This document shows, one piece after another, positions 28,852 through 39,027 of a stretch of DNA of 64,000 nucleotides. Numbering within the stretch: position 1 is the stretch's first letter; every line of letters starts with the position of its first letter. The stretch spans positions 2,720-66,719 of the forward strand of contig JAPOYA010000005.1 of assembly GCA_026706815.1 (NCBI GenBank), read 5' to 3'. A model generated the notes under the pieces. That model saw nothing but the letters and a program-made list of their open reading frames with translations, did not search any database and was not told the DNA's origin. The stretch comes from Acidimicrobiaceae bacterium (GTDB lineage Bacteria; Actinomycetota; Acidimicrobiia; Acidimicrobiales; Aldehydirespiratoraceae). The position numbers and the translations under genes are program-made.

Positions 28852-30378
28852 ATGACCTCGGTCGCTGACTCTGATCCGTTTGTCCGCAACAAGGCGCGGG
28901 ACGCCGAGGGCCTGCCTCCGAGCAATCGCTTGTCTGCGGGCGAGTGGGCCAAGAAGAACCTGCTCAACAATTGGTACAACTCGCTCATCACGGTCGTCGT
29001 GGCTTGCGGCATGGCGTTCGCGGTCGTTCGAACCCTGGGCTGGCTGTTCTCTTCGGATTTTCTGATCATCCGGCGCAACCTCGCCGTGTTCATGGTCGGG
29101 CAGTTCCCCCGAGACGAGCTTTGGCGAACCTGGGCGTCGGGGTACCTGTTGATGGGGGCGTTCGGAGTCGGATCCGGGGTCCTGTGGCGGTCCGCCCAGG
29201 CAGACGCGGAGGAAAAAGGCCTGCCCACGGAACCCCATTCATGGCCCGACCTGCTGCGCCGGTTCTGGGCGATCATCGCGGTGTTGGTCTTCTTCGTCTC
29301 CTTCGCCCGGACTGCGCCGCCGTTCGTCGGCCTCGCGAGTGCTTTCGCGGTGTTCTGGATCAGTCGTGAGTCGGGCCGCAGGTTCAGTGCAGCGGCGCGA
29401 GCCCGAGGACTGTTCTTTGCGGGTTTGCTGGGGTTGCTCTCGCTGCTGGTGCTCGCGGGGTCCGGAGGCCTGGTTGCGCTGACCGTGGGCGGGTTGGTTG
29501 GTGCGTGGACGTTGTCAGAAGTCCGACGTTATGTCGACGATTATGTTGTCGGACGCGGCGCCGCTTCGCCAGAAGTGCTTGGGCAGCCACAACGAGATCA
29601 GCGTTGGCGCCTCCCGGATCTCTTCAAACGACCGGCTTGGGCGACATGGGCTTCGCGGGCTGCGGCAGTGGTCGTCGGCGCAGGCGTTTGGTTCGGATTG
29701 CGGGCCATCGACTGGGGCGGTTATGGCTGGGAGGACTGGGGAGGTCTTCATCTCACCTTGTTCGTGACCGTCATCGGCATCAGCGCCGGACTTCCGGTGG
29801 GCATCTTGTTGGCCCTCGGACGCCAGTCGGACTTGCCTGTCATCAAGGGCGCATCGGTGATCTTCATCGAGTTCGTGCGCGGCGTGCCGTTGATCTCGTT
29901 GCTGTTGTTCTCATGGTTCATGCTTCCCCTGCTGTTCCCGATCGATCTCGACATTCCCGGCAAGTTGACTCGGGCCATGATCGTCATAACCGCGTTCTCG
30001 GCGGCGTACATCGCCGAGATCGTCCGCGGTGGACTCCAGTCGGTTCCCCGGGGCCAGGTTGAAGCCGCGCAGGCCAGTGGGATGTCGGCGGGCAGGATCC
30101 AGCGCTTGATCGTCCTGCCCCAGGCGCTGCGAGCGGTCATTCCCGCCATGGTCGGCCAGTTCATATCGCTGTTCAAGGACACTTCGTTGTTGGCCATTAT
30201 CGGCCTGCTGGATTTTCTGCGGGCTTCTGCGGTTGCCAACGCACAGACAGAGTTCCTGGGGCAGGGGCTGGTGACCGTGACCTATCCTTTCGTTGCCCTC
30301 GGGTATTGGGCCTTTGCCTACACCATGTCCAAAGAGAGTCGTAGAGTCGAAGAGAGATTAGGAGTCGGAGTGAGATGA
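28852..30378 (+). CDS. amino-acid ABC transporter permease (AapM/BztC-like) with a long N-terminal membrane extension
   Basis: 508-aa multi-TM ORF with signature [28 protein letters not shown]. Confidence 0.8.
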   Translation: MTSVADSDPFVRNKARDAEGLPPSNRLSAGEWAKKNLLNNWYNSLITVVVACGMAFAVVRTLGWLFSSDFLIIRRNLAVFMVGQFPRDELWRTWASGYLLMGAFGVGSGVLWRSAQADAEEKGLPTEPHSWPDLLRRFWAIIAVLVFFVSFARTAPPFVGLASAFAVFWISRESGRRFSAAARARGLFFAGLLGLLSLLVLAGSGGLVALTVGGLVGAWTLSEVRRYVDDYVVGRGAASPEVLGQPQRDQRWRLPDLFKRPAWATWASRAAAVVVGAGVWFGLRAIDWGGYGWEDWGGLHLTLFVTVIGISAGLPVGILLALGRQSDLPVIKGASVIFIEFVRGVPLISLLLFSWFMLPLLFPIDLDIPGKLTRAMIVITAFSAAYIAEIVRGGLQSVPRGQVEAAQASGMSAGRIQRLIVLPQALRAVIPAMVGQFISLFKDTSLLAIIGLLDFLRASAVANAQTEFLGQGLVTVTYPFVALGYWAFAYTMSKESRRVEERLGVGVR

Positions 30379-31154
30379 GCGACACAGCCGTCAACGCAGA
30401 CGCAACCGAGGTCCTCGGGCGGGGGGACACGATCATCAGCTTGCGGGGGGTCGACAAGTTCTTCGGCGACTTTCAAGCTCTGAGCAATATCAACATGTCG
30501 GTCGGGGAGCAGGAGGTGGTGGTGGTGATCGGGCCTTCGGGCTCGGGCAAGTCCACGCTGATCCGCTGCATCAACCGTCTCGAGCGACACGACCGCGGCT
30601 CGATCGTCGTGGACGGGGTCGAGCTCTCCGACGACATCCGGGCGATTCAGGGGATCCGCCGCGAGACCGGCATGGTGTTCCAGAGCTTCAACCTGTTTCC
30701 GCACCTGTCGGTGATGGACAACATCACTCTGGCGCCTCGCAATGTTCGCAATATTTCCAAAGCCGAGGCCGAAGCGACTGCCATGGAGTTGCTTGAACGC
30801 GTGAAGATCCCCGATCAGGCAAGGAAGTACCCCGGCCAGTTGTCCGGAGGCCAGCAACAGCGGGTCGCCATCGCCCGCTCCCTGGCGATGAAGCCGAAGG
30901 TTATGCTCTTCGACGAACCCACCTCCGCGCTCGATCCCGAGATGATCAAAGAAGTGCTCGACACGATGAAGGACCTCGCGACCGAGGGAATGACCATGAT
31001 CTGCGTGACGCACGAGATGGGCTTCGCCCGAGAGGTCGCTGATCGTGTGGTGTTCATGGCGGACGGCGAGATTGTCGAGGTGGGCCCACCGGAGCACTTC
31101 TTCACGAACCCAACCGAAGAGCGCACCAAGCTGTTCCTCAGCCAGATTCTCTGA
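30375..31154 (+). CDS. amino-acid ABC transporter ATP-binding protein
   Basis: 259-aa ORF with Walker [10 protein letters not shown], signature LSGGQQQR and Walker [12 protein letters not shown]. Confidence 0.9.
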   Translation: MSDTAVNADATEVLGRGDTIISLRGVDKFFGDFQALSNINMSVGEQEVVVVIGPSGSGKSTLIRCINRLERHDRGSIVVDGVELSDDIRAIQGIRRETGMVFQSFNLFPHLSVMDNITLAPRNVRNISKAEAEATAMELLERVKIPDQARKYPGQLSGGQQQRVAIARSLAMKPKVMLFDEPTSALDPEMIKEVLDTMKDLATEGMTMICVTHEMGFAREVADRVVFMADGEIVEVGPPEHFFTNPTEERTKLFLSQIL

Positions 31155-31178
31155 AACTCCCGTAGCCTTTTGTCTCTC

Positions 31179-31252
31179 GGGCGCGTAGCTCAGCCGGCTA
31201 GAGCGCTTCCCTTACAAGGAAGAAGTCGGGGGTTCGAGTCCCTCCGCGCCCA
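31179..31252 (+). tRNA. tRNA-Val (anticodon TAC)
   Basis: Hand-folded cloverleaf: acceptor GGGCGCG/CGCGCCC, anticodon stem CTTCC/GGAAG, loop CTTACAA. Confidence 0.9.
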
Positions 31253-31256
31253 CATC

Positions 31257-31319
31257 ATTATTGTGTACTTGTCATTATTGTGTACTTGTCATTATTGTGT
31301 ACTTGTCTGTGTATTTGTC
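31257..31319. repeat. AT-rich 17-bp tandem repeat ATTATTGTGTACTTGTC x3 plus a degenerate fourth unit
   Basis: Exact copies lie at 31257-73, 31274-90 and 31291-307, followed by TGTGTATTTGTC. The array starts 5 nt after tRNA-Val. Confidence 0.85.
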
Positions 31320-31388
31320 CGTGCATTGCCCACGGTTCAGGACGGAGGCGTGGCTTTTGTGGGAGAGGGACGGTTGAGACTCCGATTC

Positions 31389-32213
31389 ATGGCAACGGCA
31401 GCGCTCGCCATCGTGTTGCTGGCTGCGTCCTGCGGCGGCGATCAAGGCGACTCGGGCAGGGGAAGCGGGGGAGTGGCCACATTGATTGGCGTGGAGCCTC
31501 CGCAAGCAGGCACACCCACAACAGCCGCGCCGACGCCTGGCGCCACAACCTCGGATTCCTCGGATTCTGAGGCGGGGACCGTCCCGGCGGCGTCCGCTGG
31601 ACAGAGCAGCGAACCCGGAATCCGCACGGTCGGGGAAGATTTTTCGCAAGGGTCCGCTGCTGACGGGGCCGCGGCGCCTGAGGCTGACTCCGATCCTGCA
31701 GAATCCGAGCCTGACTCCGAGTCAGAGGCTGAGCCTGAGGACGCGGAGACAGATCCCGAGCAGGCGTTGTTGAGATTCGCCCAGTGCATGAGGGTGAACG
31801 GACTGCCGGACTTCGTAGATCCGACTGTGGACGCCACCGGCACCGTGCAGTGGCAGCGAATGTTCGCCGAATCCGGTATCGACCCGGCTTCAGAGGACTT
31901 TCAGCAGGGACTGGACGTCTGCCGCCACCACTTCGAGGGTCTCGCCTTCGGGGGCGACGGAGGCGGTTTCAACGTCACCGAGGCGCAGGACACTCTGCTC
32001 GGGTTTGCGCAGTGCCTGCGTGCGGAGGGCGTCGAGGTGGACGACCCGGTGCTGGCCAGGCTCGTCACCGGCACCGGCGACAATCAGGGCACGCGGCTGT
32101 TCGGCCCAGCCTTCGACCCGACTGATCCGGATGTGCAAGCCGCCGTCGAAGCCTGCCGGGGCGAGCTCGGCGGTCTCGGAGGCGGCGGTGTGCAAGCAGG
32201 AGGAAACCAATAA
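31389..32213 (+). CDS. secreted lipoprotein with an acidic low-complexity linker and two FAQC(M/L)R-type Cys-containing repeats
   Basis: The track ORF 31170..32213 overlaps the tRNA. The start was trimmed to the ATG at 31389 (MATAALAIVLLAASCGG, lipobox LAASC). It leads the adaptor/ABC cluster. Confidence 0.6.
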   Translation: MATAALAIVLLAASCGGDQGDSGRGSGGVATLIGVEPPQAGTPTTAAPTPGATTSDSSDSEAGTVPAASAGQSSEPGIRTVGEDFSQGSAADGAAAPEADSDPAESEPDSESEAEPEDAETDPEQALLRFAQCMRVNGLPDFVDPTVDATGTVQWQRMFAESGIDPASEDFQQGLDVCRHHFEGLAFGGDGGGFNVTEAQDTLLGFAQCLRAEGVEVDDPVLARLVTGTGDNQGTRLFGPAFDPTDPDVQAAVEACRGELGGLGGGGVQAGGNQ

Positions 32214-34525
32214 TGCCCGCAATGAACGAGACGCCCGCAATGAACGACACGTCTGCAATGAACGAGATGTCTGCAATGAACGAGACGTCTGCACCAGCAT
32301 CCGCCCCGGCTACCCCGTCACACAGCCGAAAACGCCGACGGTTGGGCTTGGTCGTAATCCTGATTGTGCTGCTAGCGGCTGGAGGTGCAGTGGTCTGGTT
32401 TGTCGGCGACCAGACCGAGGGTGCAGACGATCCAGCCGCTTCGGCTCTGAGAACCGACGCCATCGAGGTGCGCGACCTTTCTGAGACGACCACGATTTCG
32501 GGCACTTTGGCTTACGACGACGCCCGCATCGTGGTCGCGCCCAGCAGTGGCGTCGTGGTGGAGATCCCCGAGGAGGGGACCCGGCTTGAACGGGGCGCCC
32601 GGTTGTTCGCGATCGACTCGATGGTCGCGGATTCGCAGGTGACGCAGGCCGAACAGAGGATTGCATCCGCCGAGGCTTCGGTGGCCGGCGCCGAGATCGC
32701 GCTCGATGATCTCGAGTCTGGGGCTGGGCCCGCCGATCTGGCGTCTGCGGAAGCATCTGTCGCCCAAGCCCGCTTGCTGCTCGACAACCTGACCGCTGCG
32801 CCGACCGAGGCTGAGTTGGGGGCGGCTCAAGCTGCGGTTGCCCGTGCCCAGGAGACCTACGACAACCTGACCGCTGCGCCGACCGAGGCTGAGTTGGGGG
32901 CGGCTCAAGCTGCGGTTGCCCGTGCCCAGGAGACCTACGACAACCTGCTTGCCGATCTGGACCCTACCGCTATCGCTGAGGCCGCCTCGGCAGTCCAGTC
33001 AGCAGAACAGCGAGTCGGCTCGACGCGAGCAGCGCGGGACCTCTCCTTTGTGTCTCTGGAGATCACCTGGGACGAATACTGTGGCTGGACCGACAGGGCG
33101 ATCACATCGATCTGCGGTGGTGGGGATCTGAGCCGTTTGCCGCTGAACGAGAGCCGAATGGTCGCCCTGACTGACGACATCGCCGATGCTCGGGCAGAAG
33201 CCGAACAGTATGGATCACAATCAACCGAGAGCGATTGGGCGGATCTGTCCGAGCGTCTTCTCAATGCCAACTTGGCCTACATCGCCGATGTGGCAGCCCA
33301 TGAATCGGCACTGGTCAGCTTGGACACCGCCGAAGAGGCCCGCTCCGAGTTGTTGGCCGGTCCGTCGTCTGTGGACGTTGAGAGCGCGCTCGCGAGCTTG
33401 GACACGGCCAAAGACTCGCTGGCTGAGTTGTTGGCCGGTCCTTCGTCTGCGGATGTCGAGAGTGGGCTGAACAGCCTGCAATCGGCGCAGGAACGGTTGC
33501 AGGATCTGCAAGACGGCCCGGACGCCTTGGAGGTTGAACAGGCTCGCTCCAGCCTGCAGTCCGCAGAGACCAGGCTCAGCGACCTCCTTGCAGATCCCGA
33601 CACCGTCGAGTTGCTGCGGGCCCGTTCGAACCTTTTGTCGGCGGAACTCGCCTTGGAGTCCGCAAAGGACGACTACGACGCTCTGCTTGCCGGCGCCGAC
33701 ACGGCGTTTCTGTTCTATGGCGGCGGAGCGGCGTGGCGCCCCATGTCGATCGACGCCCCGCCCGGACCGGACATCGCGTGGCTGGAGGCCAACCTGGTCG
33801 CCCTCGGCTACGGGGATCCAGGAGACATCGAGGTGGATGAGGTGTTTGACGCGGCGACCGCCGATGCTGTGTCAGCATGGCAGAGCGATGTTGGCGTGAC
33901 GGCAACCGGCGAGGTGCCGCTGGGACAGGTCGTGTTCATTGCGGGGCCGGCTCCGGTGAGCGCTTTGGCAGTCTCGCGGGGCGATTCGGTGAATGAGGGC
34001 GCGGCCCTCTACGAGTTGACAGCGGTGGAACTGGTGTCGAGCACCGTCGGGCCCGACGGAGTCCAAGACCAGTCGGTCACAGCTCAGCGAGTCACCGCCC
34101 GGCTCGATCTCGTCGATCAGGATCTGTTGGCACTGGGCACTCCTGTGCTGATCGAGCTTCCCGACGACACCGAGGTTGACGGCGAGGTGATCGAGCTGGG
34201 TGCTGTTCCGGTGATCATCTCGGCGACTGAGCAGAGCAGCGAAACGTCATATCTGGATGTGGTGATTGCTCCGCTGGAGTCGGTGGACCCTAATTGGACG
34301 GGGGCCACCGTTCAGGTTCGATTCGCCACTGAGGTCGCCCAGGGAGTGCTGAGTGTTCCAGTGAGCGCCTTGCTCGCTCTGCAGGAGGGTGGCTACGCGG
34401 TTGAGATTGTGCTGCCCGACGGGAGCGTACGCTTGGTCGGCGTCAGCACTGGTCTCTTCGCCGATGGATTCGTGGAGGTCGCCGGCAACGGACTGGCCCC
34501 GGATCTGGAGGTCGTTATCCCGTGA
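32213..34525 (+). CDS. HlyD/MacA-like periplasmic adaptor with an extended repetitive coiled coil and a peptidoglycan-binding domain
   Basis: 770-aa ORF with an N-terminal TM helix, long coiled-coil repeats (LLAGPSS.DVES...), a PG_binding_1-like segment (LEANLVALGY...DAVSAWQSDVGVTATGEV) and a C-terminal beta-barrel-like region. It precedes a MacB-type ATPase and permease. Confidence 0.7.
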   Translation: MPAMNETPAMNDTSAMNEMSAMNETSAPASAPATPSHSRKRRRLGLVVILIVLLAAGGAVVWFVGDQTEGADDPAASALRTDAIEVRDLSETTTISGTLAYDDARIVVAPSSGVVVEIPEEGTRLERGARLFAIDSMVADSQVTQAEQRIASAEASVAGAEIALDDLESGAGPADLASAEASVAQARLLLDNLTAAPTEAELGAAQAAVARAQETYDNLTAAPTEAELGAAQAAVARAQETYDNLLADLDPTAIAEAASAVQSAEQRVGSTRAARDLSFVSLEITWDEYCGWTDRAITSICGGGDLSRLPLNESRMVALTDDIADARAEAEQYGSQSTESDWADLSERLLNANLAYIADVAAHESALVSLDTAEEARSELLAGPSSVDVESALASLDTAKDSLAELLAGPSSADVESGLNSLQSAQERLQDLQDGPDALEVEQARSSLQSAETRLSDLLADPDTVELLRARSNLLSAELALESAKDDYDALLAGADTAFLFYGGGAAWRPMSIDAPPGPDIAWLEANLVALGYGDPGDIEVDEVFDAATADAVSAWQSDVGVTATGEVPLGQVVFIAGPAPVSALAVSRGDSVNEGAALYELTAVELVSSTVGPDGVQDQSVTAQRVTARLDLVDQDLLALGTPVLIELPDDTEVDGEVIELGAVPVIISATEQSSETSYLDVVIAPLESVDPNWTGATVQVRFATEVAQGVLSVPVSALLALQEGGYAVEIVLPDGSVRLVGVSTGLFADGFVEVAGNGLAPDLEVVIP

Positions 34526-35226
34526 TCGCCGTTGAGGCGGCCGCCCCGGCGTTGGAACTCCGGTCGGCTGCCAAGTCCTATCCGGGGACCCCTCCGGTGC
34601 TTGCGCTCGACGGGGTCAACCTCGTCATTGAGCCCGGCGAGATGCTGGGAGTCGTCGGTCCGTCGGGATGCGGCAAGTCGACCATGCTCCACATGATGGG
34701 CACGCTCGACCGGCCGAGCGGCGGCAAAGTACTGGTCGACGGGTTGGATACTTCGGAGCTCTCGGAGCGGCATTTGTCCGCAATACGGGGGCGCAAGCTG
34801 GGCTTCGTTTTCCAGCGCTTCTTTCTGTTGTCGGGCACCTCGGCTCTGGAGAATGTTGCTGGAGGGCTGCTCTATTCGGGGGTGGCGCCGCGGGAGAGAC
34901 GAGAACGGGCAGCGGCGGCTTTGGACCGGGTGGGTCTCGCCAACCGCAAGTCCCACATTCCATCGAAAATGTCCGGGGGCGAGCGGCAACGGGTCGCTAT
35001 AGCTAGAGCCCTGGTGCACGACCCGTCGTTGATACTGGCCGATGAGCCGACCGGCAACCTGGATTCGAGGGCCAGCGCCTCGATCATTGAACTGTTCGAG
35101 CGGCTGCATGCCGAGGGCAGCACGATTGTCGTGGTCACCCACAACGATGAGATCGCCGCGCAGCTTCCCCGAATCGTGCGCCTGCTCGACGGGCGGGTGC
35201 AGTCCGATGAGAGGCAGGACTCGTGA
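34522..35226 (+). CDS. ABC transporter ATP-binding protein (MacB/LolD type)
   Basis: 234-aa ORF with Walker A GPSGCGKST, signature MSGGERQR and Walker B LLADEPTGNLD. Confidence 0.9.
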   Translation: MIAVEAAAPALELRSAAKSYPGTPPVLALDGVNLVIEPGEMLGVVGPSGCGKSTMLHMMGTLDRPSGGKVLVDGLDTSELSERHLSAIRGRKLGFVFQRFFLLSGTSALENVAGGLLYSGVAPRERRERAAAALDRVGLANRKSHIPSKMSGGERQRVAIARALVHDPSLILADEPTGNLDSRASASIIELFERLHAEGSTIVVVTHNDEIAAQLPRIVRLLDGRVQSDERQDS

Positions 35227-36476
35227 ACACGGCTCGCTCGGCGGACTCGGCGGACTCGGCGCGCCAGGTGGCTTCAGTGGCATCGGGGGTCCAGCCGAGC
35301 CGACTCCGGCCACTTGATGTGCTGCGGGTCGGGTTTGCCGGGCTTCAATCCCGAAAGCTCCGCGCCGCCCTCTCAGCGCTTGGAATCGCCATCGGTATCG
35401 CTTCGCTCGTGGGTGTGCTCGGACTCTCCGAATCGTCCAAGTCCGATCTGCTCGACAAAATCAACGCTCTGGGCACCAACCTGCTGCAAGTGACCCCCTC
35501 GGCGGGTTTCGGCGCCGGCGACGCCACCCTTCCCGATGAGGCTGTGGCAATGATCGGAAGGGTGGGGAGTGTGGGGGACATATCCTTCGTGTCCTCAGTC
35601 GACGCCGGCGTCTACCGCAGCGACTTCATCCCGTCGGGCCAGACGGGCGGCATCTCGGTGGTGGGAAGCGACATGGCCCTGCTCGACACCCTCAACGGGG
35701 AGATAGCCCATGGTACTTTCTTGACTGAGGCGGCCCTCGAGTATCCCGCCGTGGTTCTGGGATCGGTCACTGCACAGCGGCTGGGGATCAGGGACCTCGC
35801 CCACAGGCCGCGGGTGCTAATCGGCGAGCGTTGGGTGGAGGTGATGGGCATCTTGGAGCCGTTTGCGCTGGCGCCCGACCTGGACCGGGCGGCCATTATC
35901 GGGCATCAGGCTTCGATTGACTATTTCGATGCTGACGGCGCCGCGACGACGGTGTATCTGCGGGTCGACGAAGGCTGGATCGACATTACCCGCGATGTGA
36001 TGCCCGCAACGGCCGATCCGGCGAACCCCGAAGAGGTGGAGGTCAGCCGGCCCTCTGACTTGTTGGAGGCACAAGAGGCAGCGGAGAACCAGTTTGCCAA
36101 CCTGTTCTTGGGCTTGGGCGCGGTTGCTTTGTTCGTCGGTGGGATCGGTATAGCCAATGTGATGGTTATCGGTGTGCTCGAGCGGCGCGGCGAGATCGGT
36201 TTGCGACGAGCGATCGGGGCTACTCGATCTCACATCCTCAGTCAGTTCCTAGCCGAGTCGCTGCTTTTGTCTGCGGCGGGGGGTGCAGCCGGGGTGCTGC
36301 TCGGCGTTGCGGTCACCGCGGCCTATTCGACAACTCAGGGATGGCGGGTGATCATTCCCGACATAGCGGTCTGGGGAGGCCTCGGCGCGGCTTTCGCCAT
36401 TGGCGCTTTGGCTGGCATCTACCCGGCAGTCCGCGCTTCTCGCCTGTCGCCCACCGAAGCCCTTCGTTCCGAGTAA
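35223..36476 (+). CDS. ABC transporter permease, FtsX/MacB family
   Basis: 417-aa ORF with an N-terminal TM helix, a large extracytoplasmic MacB_PCD-like domain and a C-terminal FtsX domain (RRGEIGLRRAIGATRSHI). Confidence 0.85.
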   Translation: MNTARSADSADSARQVASVASGVQPSRLRPLDVLRVGFAGLQSRKLRAALSALGIAIGIASLVGVLGLSESSKSDLLDKINALGTNLLQVTPSAGFGAGDATLPDEAVAMIGRVGSVGDISFVSSVDAGVYRSDFIPSGQTGGISVVGSDMALLDTLNGEIAHGTFLTEAALEYPAVVLGSVTAQRLGIRDLAHRPRVLIGERWVEVMGILEPFALAPDLDRAAIIGHQASIDYFDADGAATTVYLRVDEGWIDITRDVMPATADPANPEEVEVSRPSDLLEAQEAAENQFANLFLGLGAVALFVGGIGIANVMVIGVLERRGEIGLRRAIGATRSHILSQFLAESLLLSAAGGAAGVLLGVAVTAAYSTTQGWRVIIPDIAVWGGLGAAFAIGALAGIYPAVRASRLSPTEALRSE

Positions 36477-37741
36477 CCGCGGTGGTCGGGTCTCGTGGCG
36501 GGTCGTTGCGTGCTGGATTGCGGCGCTGGTCGGTCGTTCCGAGTAACCGCGGTGGTTGACGGGCTGACTCTGTGGTCGGGTTCGGGTGGTGGTTTGAGGT
36601 AGAACTTCTTGGTGGCCGGGTGTTGATGCACTTCCCAGCCGTGCACGTGGATCTTCTGATGGCATCCGTCGCACACCAGCAGCAGGTTGTCGAAGTCGGT
36701 GCCGCCGTTGTTGGACCACCAGACAATGTGGTGAGCTCGACACCACAGCGGGTTGGCTTCACAACCAACGCAGTGCTCGTCGCGGGCGATCAGAGCCATT
36801 CGTTGGGCCTCTGAGGCGGTGCGCCGTGTGCGCCCGAGCCACATTTTCTGGGTCTTGGCGTCGAAGATCGACGGCAGAATGTCGGCTTCGAGCGCCAGGT
36901 CCTTGAGTGTTGTGACCGGTATGGGTGAGCCGTCGGCGAGACGGGCGTTCACAAGCTGCTGTCTGATCACGTCGAAATCGGCGAGCACCAGCAGATTCGT
37001 GCCTTGTTTGGTGCTGTTGCCAGCCTCGTCGCAGATCAACTCTGCAACGGCGTCGGCCATACGTTGTTGGGGCGTGCGACGCTGCTTGGCGTCTTCCTTG
37101 TGCCACAGTTCGCGTTCTTTGGCTGTCAACGCGGTAGCGATCCGAGCACCGGTAATCTGATCGAACTGGGCGGTCAACATGAACATGCCCGACTCCGGGC
37201 TCTCGAAGATCCTTGCGGTGCGGCGCCGGCGTTGACGATCCAACAGCGTCTGGCCGCCGTCTGCTGACCGGTCTTGTTGGTGGCGCTTCACCGTCTTGGC
37301 GAACTGGTCGAAGTTCTCGTCACGGGCAGCTGTCACCAACACTCCCTCATCAACTGGACCCTCACCCGCGGCCCGGGCTATCAATCGGGCATGGCCTTGG
37401 GGGATCTCGCCTGAGGCAAGCGCACCGCTCGTGTCGGGCAACTGTTCGAGCTGGACCGCGGCTTCGACATCGCGTTTGGCTTCGCGGCCCGACGATTGCA
37501 GTTCGTCGCTGGCAATGCGCTGAGCTTCGGCTTTGTTCATGCGGCGCCCCAACTCGGCAAGAACCTGCGACTTCATCGCCGCGAGCCGTGACTCGCCGCG
37601 GCCGATCAACCCCAAGCGCGACCGCAGGCCTTCCTCAGACAGCCCCGCCACCTCGACCGCTCCTACACACACGGAACTCGGGCAAACACGCTCGGCGCGG
37701 CCACTGGCCTCCAAGAGATCGGGCGCAGGAGCTGATTCCAT
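36419..37741 (-). CDS. DUF222-type HNH endonuclease (REP13E12-like family)
   Basis: The track ORF is 36419..37981. The start was trimmed to the ATG at 37741 (MESAPAP). It has the DUF222 N-terminal pattern and an HNH motif (CRAHHIVWWSNNGGTDFDNLLLVCDGCHQKIH). The 3' end is probably earlier than 36419, because the ORF runs into the permease gene for lack of stop codons. Confidence 0.75.
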   Translation of the reverse strand: MESAPAPDLLEASGRAERVCPSSVCVGAVEVAGLSEEGLRSRLGLIGRGESRLAAMKSQVLAELGRRMNKAEAQRIASDELQSSGREAKRDVEAAVQLEQLPDTSGALASGEIPQGHARLIARAAGEGPVDEGVLVTAARDENFDQFAKTVKRHQQDRSADGGQTLLDRQRRRRTARIFESPESGMFMLTAQFDQITGARIATALTAKERELWHKEDAKQRRTPQQRMADAVAELICDEAGNSTKQGTNLLVLADFDVIRQQLVNARLADGSPIPVTTLKDLALEADILPSIFDAKTQKMWLGRTRRTASEAQRMALIARDEHCVGCEANPLWCRAHHIVWWSNNGGTDFDNLLLVCDGCHQKIHVHGWEVHQHPATKKFYLKPPPEPDHRVSPSTTAVTRNDRPAPQSSTQRPATRPDHRGYSERRASVGDRREARTAG

Positions 37742-38162
37742 GTATGCAACTCTATCCGACCGGTGTGACAATGACATCAAAAACCACTGGATATTTATGA
37801 ATAATAATAAAAAATATTGATATCTTCGTTCAACTGAGGCCCACGCCAGATCCAACGATGTCGCCTCGCGCTCCGGTGCAGGGCTGCGAGTGATCAGGCT
37901 TCTTCGGGCGTCTGAGTTGTCGCAGAGTCGCGCCGAGGCTTTCGAACAGTGGGATGACGACGAGAGCGGGCTGTGGGACAAAGCGGTTGTCGATGGACTC
38001 GCTGGTAGCTGATGCGTCGAGGCGAGGTCCGCGTCGGTCGCGTCTGACCCGTCGGATCTGGTCGGGCCGGTTGCTCCGGACCCGTCGTCGCCCTCTTGGC
38101 CGGAACCTGAACTCGTTTGCGACGGCCAAGCCGGGCGGGGCTGCTGATCCGCCAGCGGGTGT

Positions 38163-38921
38163 TCACACGGGGATCAGTTCGAAAGCGACCCCGTACTGCA
38201 CGCCCAGCCTCTCGCCCGCCTGCCGGCAGCTGTTGTGAAGAAACGAATCGGGGTTGAAGGTCGGGTCGCCGAGGTTCTCGATGTAGACGCGGTGGCAGAG
38301 CAAGGAGGCCACTCCGGCGGCGAGGTGATCGGTCACGTCGACTCCATGGGTGGGTGCGGGGGAGGACGCGTAGGCGATCCAGCGCACACCGCTCCAGGGC
38401 TCTCCGGCGTCGGTGAACAGCCAGCGGTTGGCCGCGTCGCGCACGGCGTCGGGCAGAGCCCTGCCGAGCTCCCGGTGATCGACATGGTTCCAGGGCCCGG
38501 AGTCCCCCCAGCGGTCGCGGTAATTCGATCCGATGATCACCTCTGGCTGGTGGTGGCGGATGGCCGCGGCCAGGTCTCGCCGCAGTTCGATCCCGTTGGT
38601 TACCAGGCCGTCGGGGTGATCCAGGAACTCGACGACTGAAACCCCCACTGCCGCGCCGGCGGCTACCTGCTCCGCCGAGCGCAGAGGAGCGGCCTCGCGC
38701 GGCTGTATGGAGTCGATGCCGGCCTCGCCGCGGGTGGCCAGCACGTATCGGACGTCTTTGCCCATGGCGGTCCAGCGGGCAACGGCCGTCGACGCTCCGT
38801 ATTCGAGGTCGTCGGGATGGGCGACGACCGCCAATGCCCGTTCCCAATCCTCGGGCAGCGGCGCAAGATCAGGAGCCGCCTGATCGCGCTGCTGTTCGTT
38901 GGCCGTGTCGGTCCCGCTCAC
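38163..38921 (-). CDS. PIG-L (LmbE-like) family deacetylase
   Basis: 252-aa ORF with the AVVAHPDDLEYGAS motif and a downstream HxDH motif (NHVDHRE). Confidence 0.8.
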   Translation of the reverse strand: MSGTDTANEQQRDQAAPDLAPLPEDWERALAVVAHPDDLEYGASTAVARWTAMGKDVRYVLATRGEAGIDSIQPREAAPLRSAEQVAAGAAVGVSVVEFLDHPDGLVTNGIELRRDLAAAIRHHQPEVIIGSNYRDRWGDSGPWNHVDHRELGRALPDAVRDAANRWLFTDAGEPWSGVRWIAYASSPAPTHGVDVTDHLAAGVASLLCHRVYIENLGDPTFNPDSFLHNSCRQAGERLGVQYGVAFELIPV

Positions 38922-38964
38922 CGGACCGAGGCTAACGGCTCCGTCACTGTGTCGGCTGTGCTGG

Positions 38965-39000
38965 CCCTATGCCGTCTTTAAGCCCTATGCCGTCTTTAAG
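38965..39000. repeat. 18-bp exact tandem duplication CCCTATGCCGTCTTTAAG x2 (intergenic)
   Basis: Read directly: copies at 38965-38982 and 38983-39000. Confidence 0.85.
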
Positions 39001-39027
39001 CAGGGAAACCTTCGGGCTGCTTGAGGA

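Noticed and set aside
31170-31388. N-terminal 73 codons of track ORF 31170..32213.
   Set aside because: They overlap tRNA-Val and the 17-bp repeat array. A proper lipoprotein signal peptide begins at the ATG at 31389.
37735-37775. Possible third, diverged copy of the 47-bp direct repeat at the DUF222 gene start (TCCATGTATGCAAC...CGACCGGTGTGA).
   Set aside because: The similarity is limited to about 9 contiguous bases plus scattered matches, which is too weak to claim without a formal alignment.
37894-38847. 317-aa Arg-rich minus-strand ORF.
   Set aside because: It is an alternative frame of the PIG-L deacetylase gene (38163..38921), which carries the real motif AHPDDLEYG.
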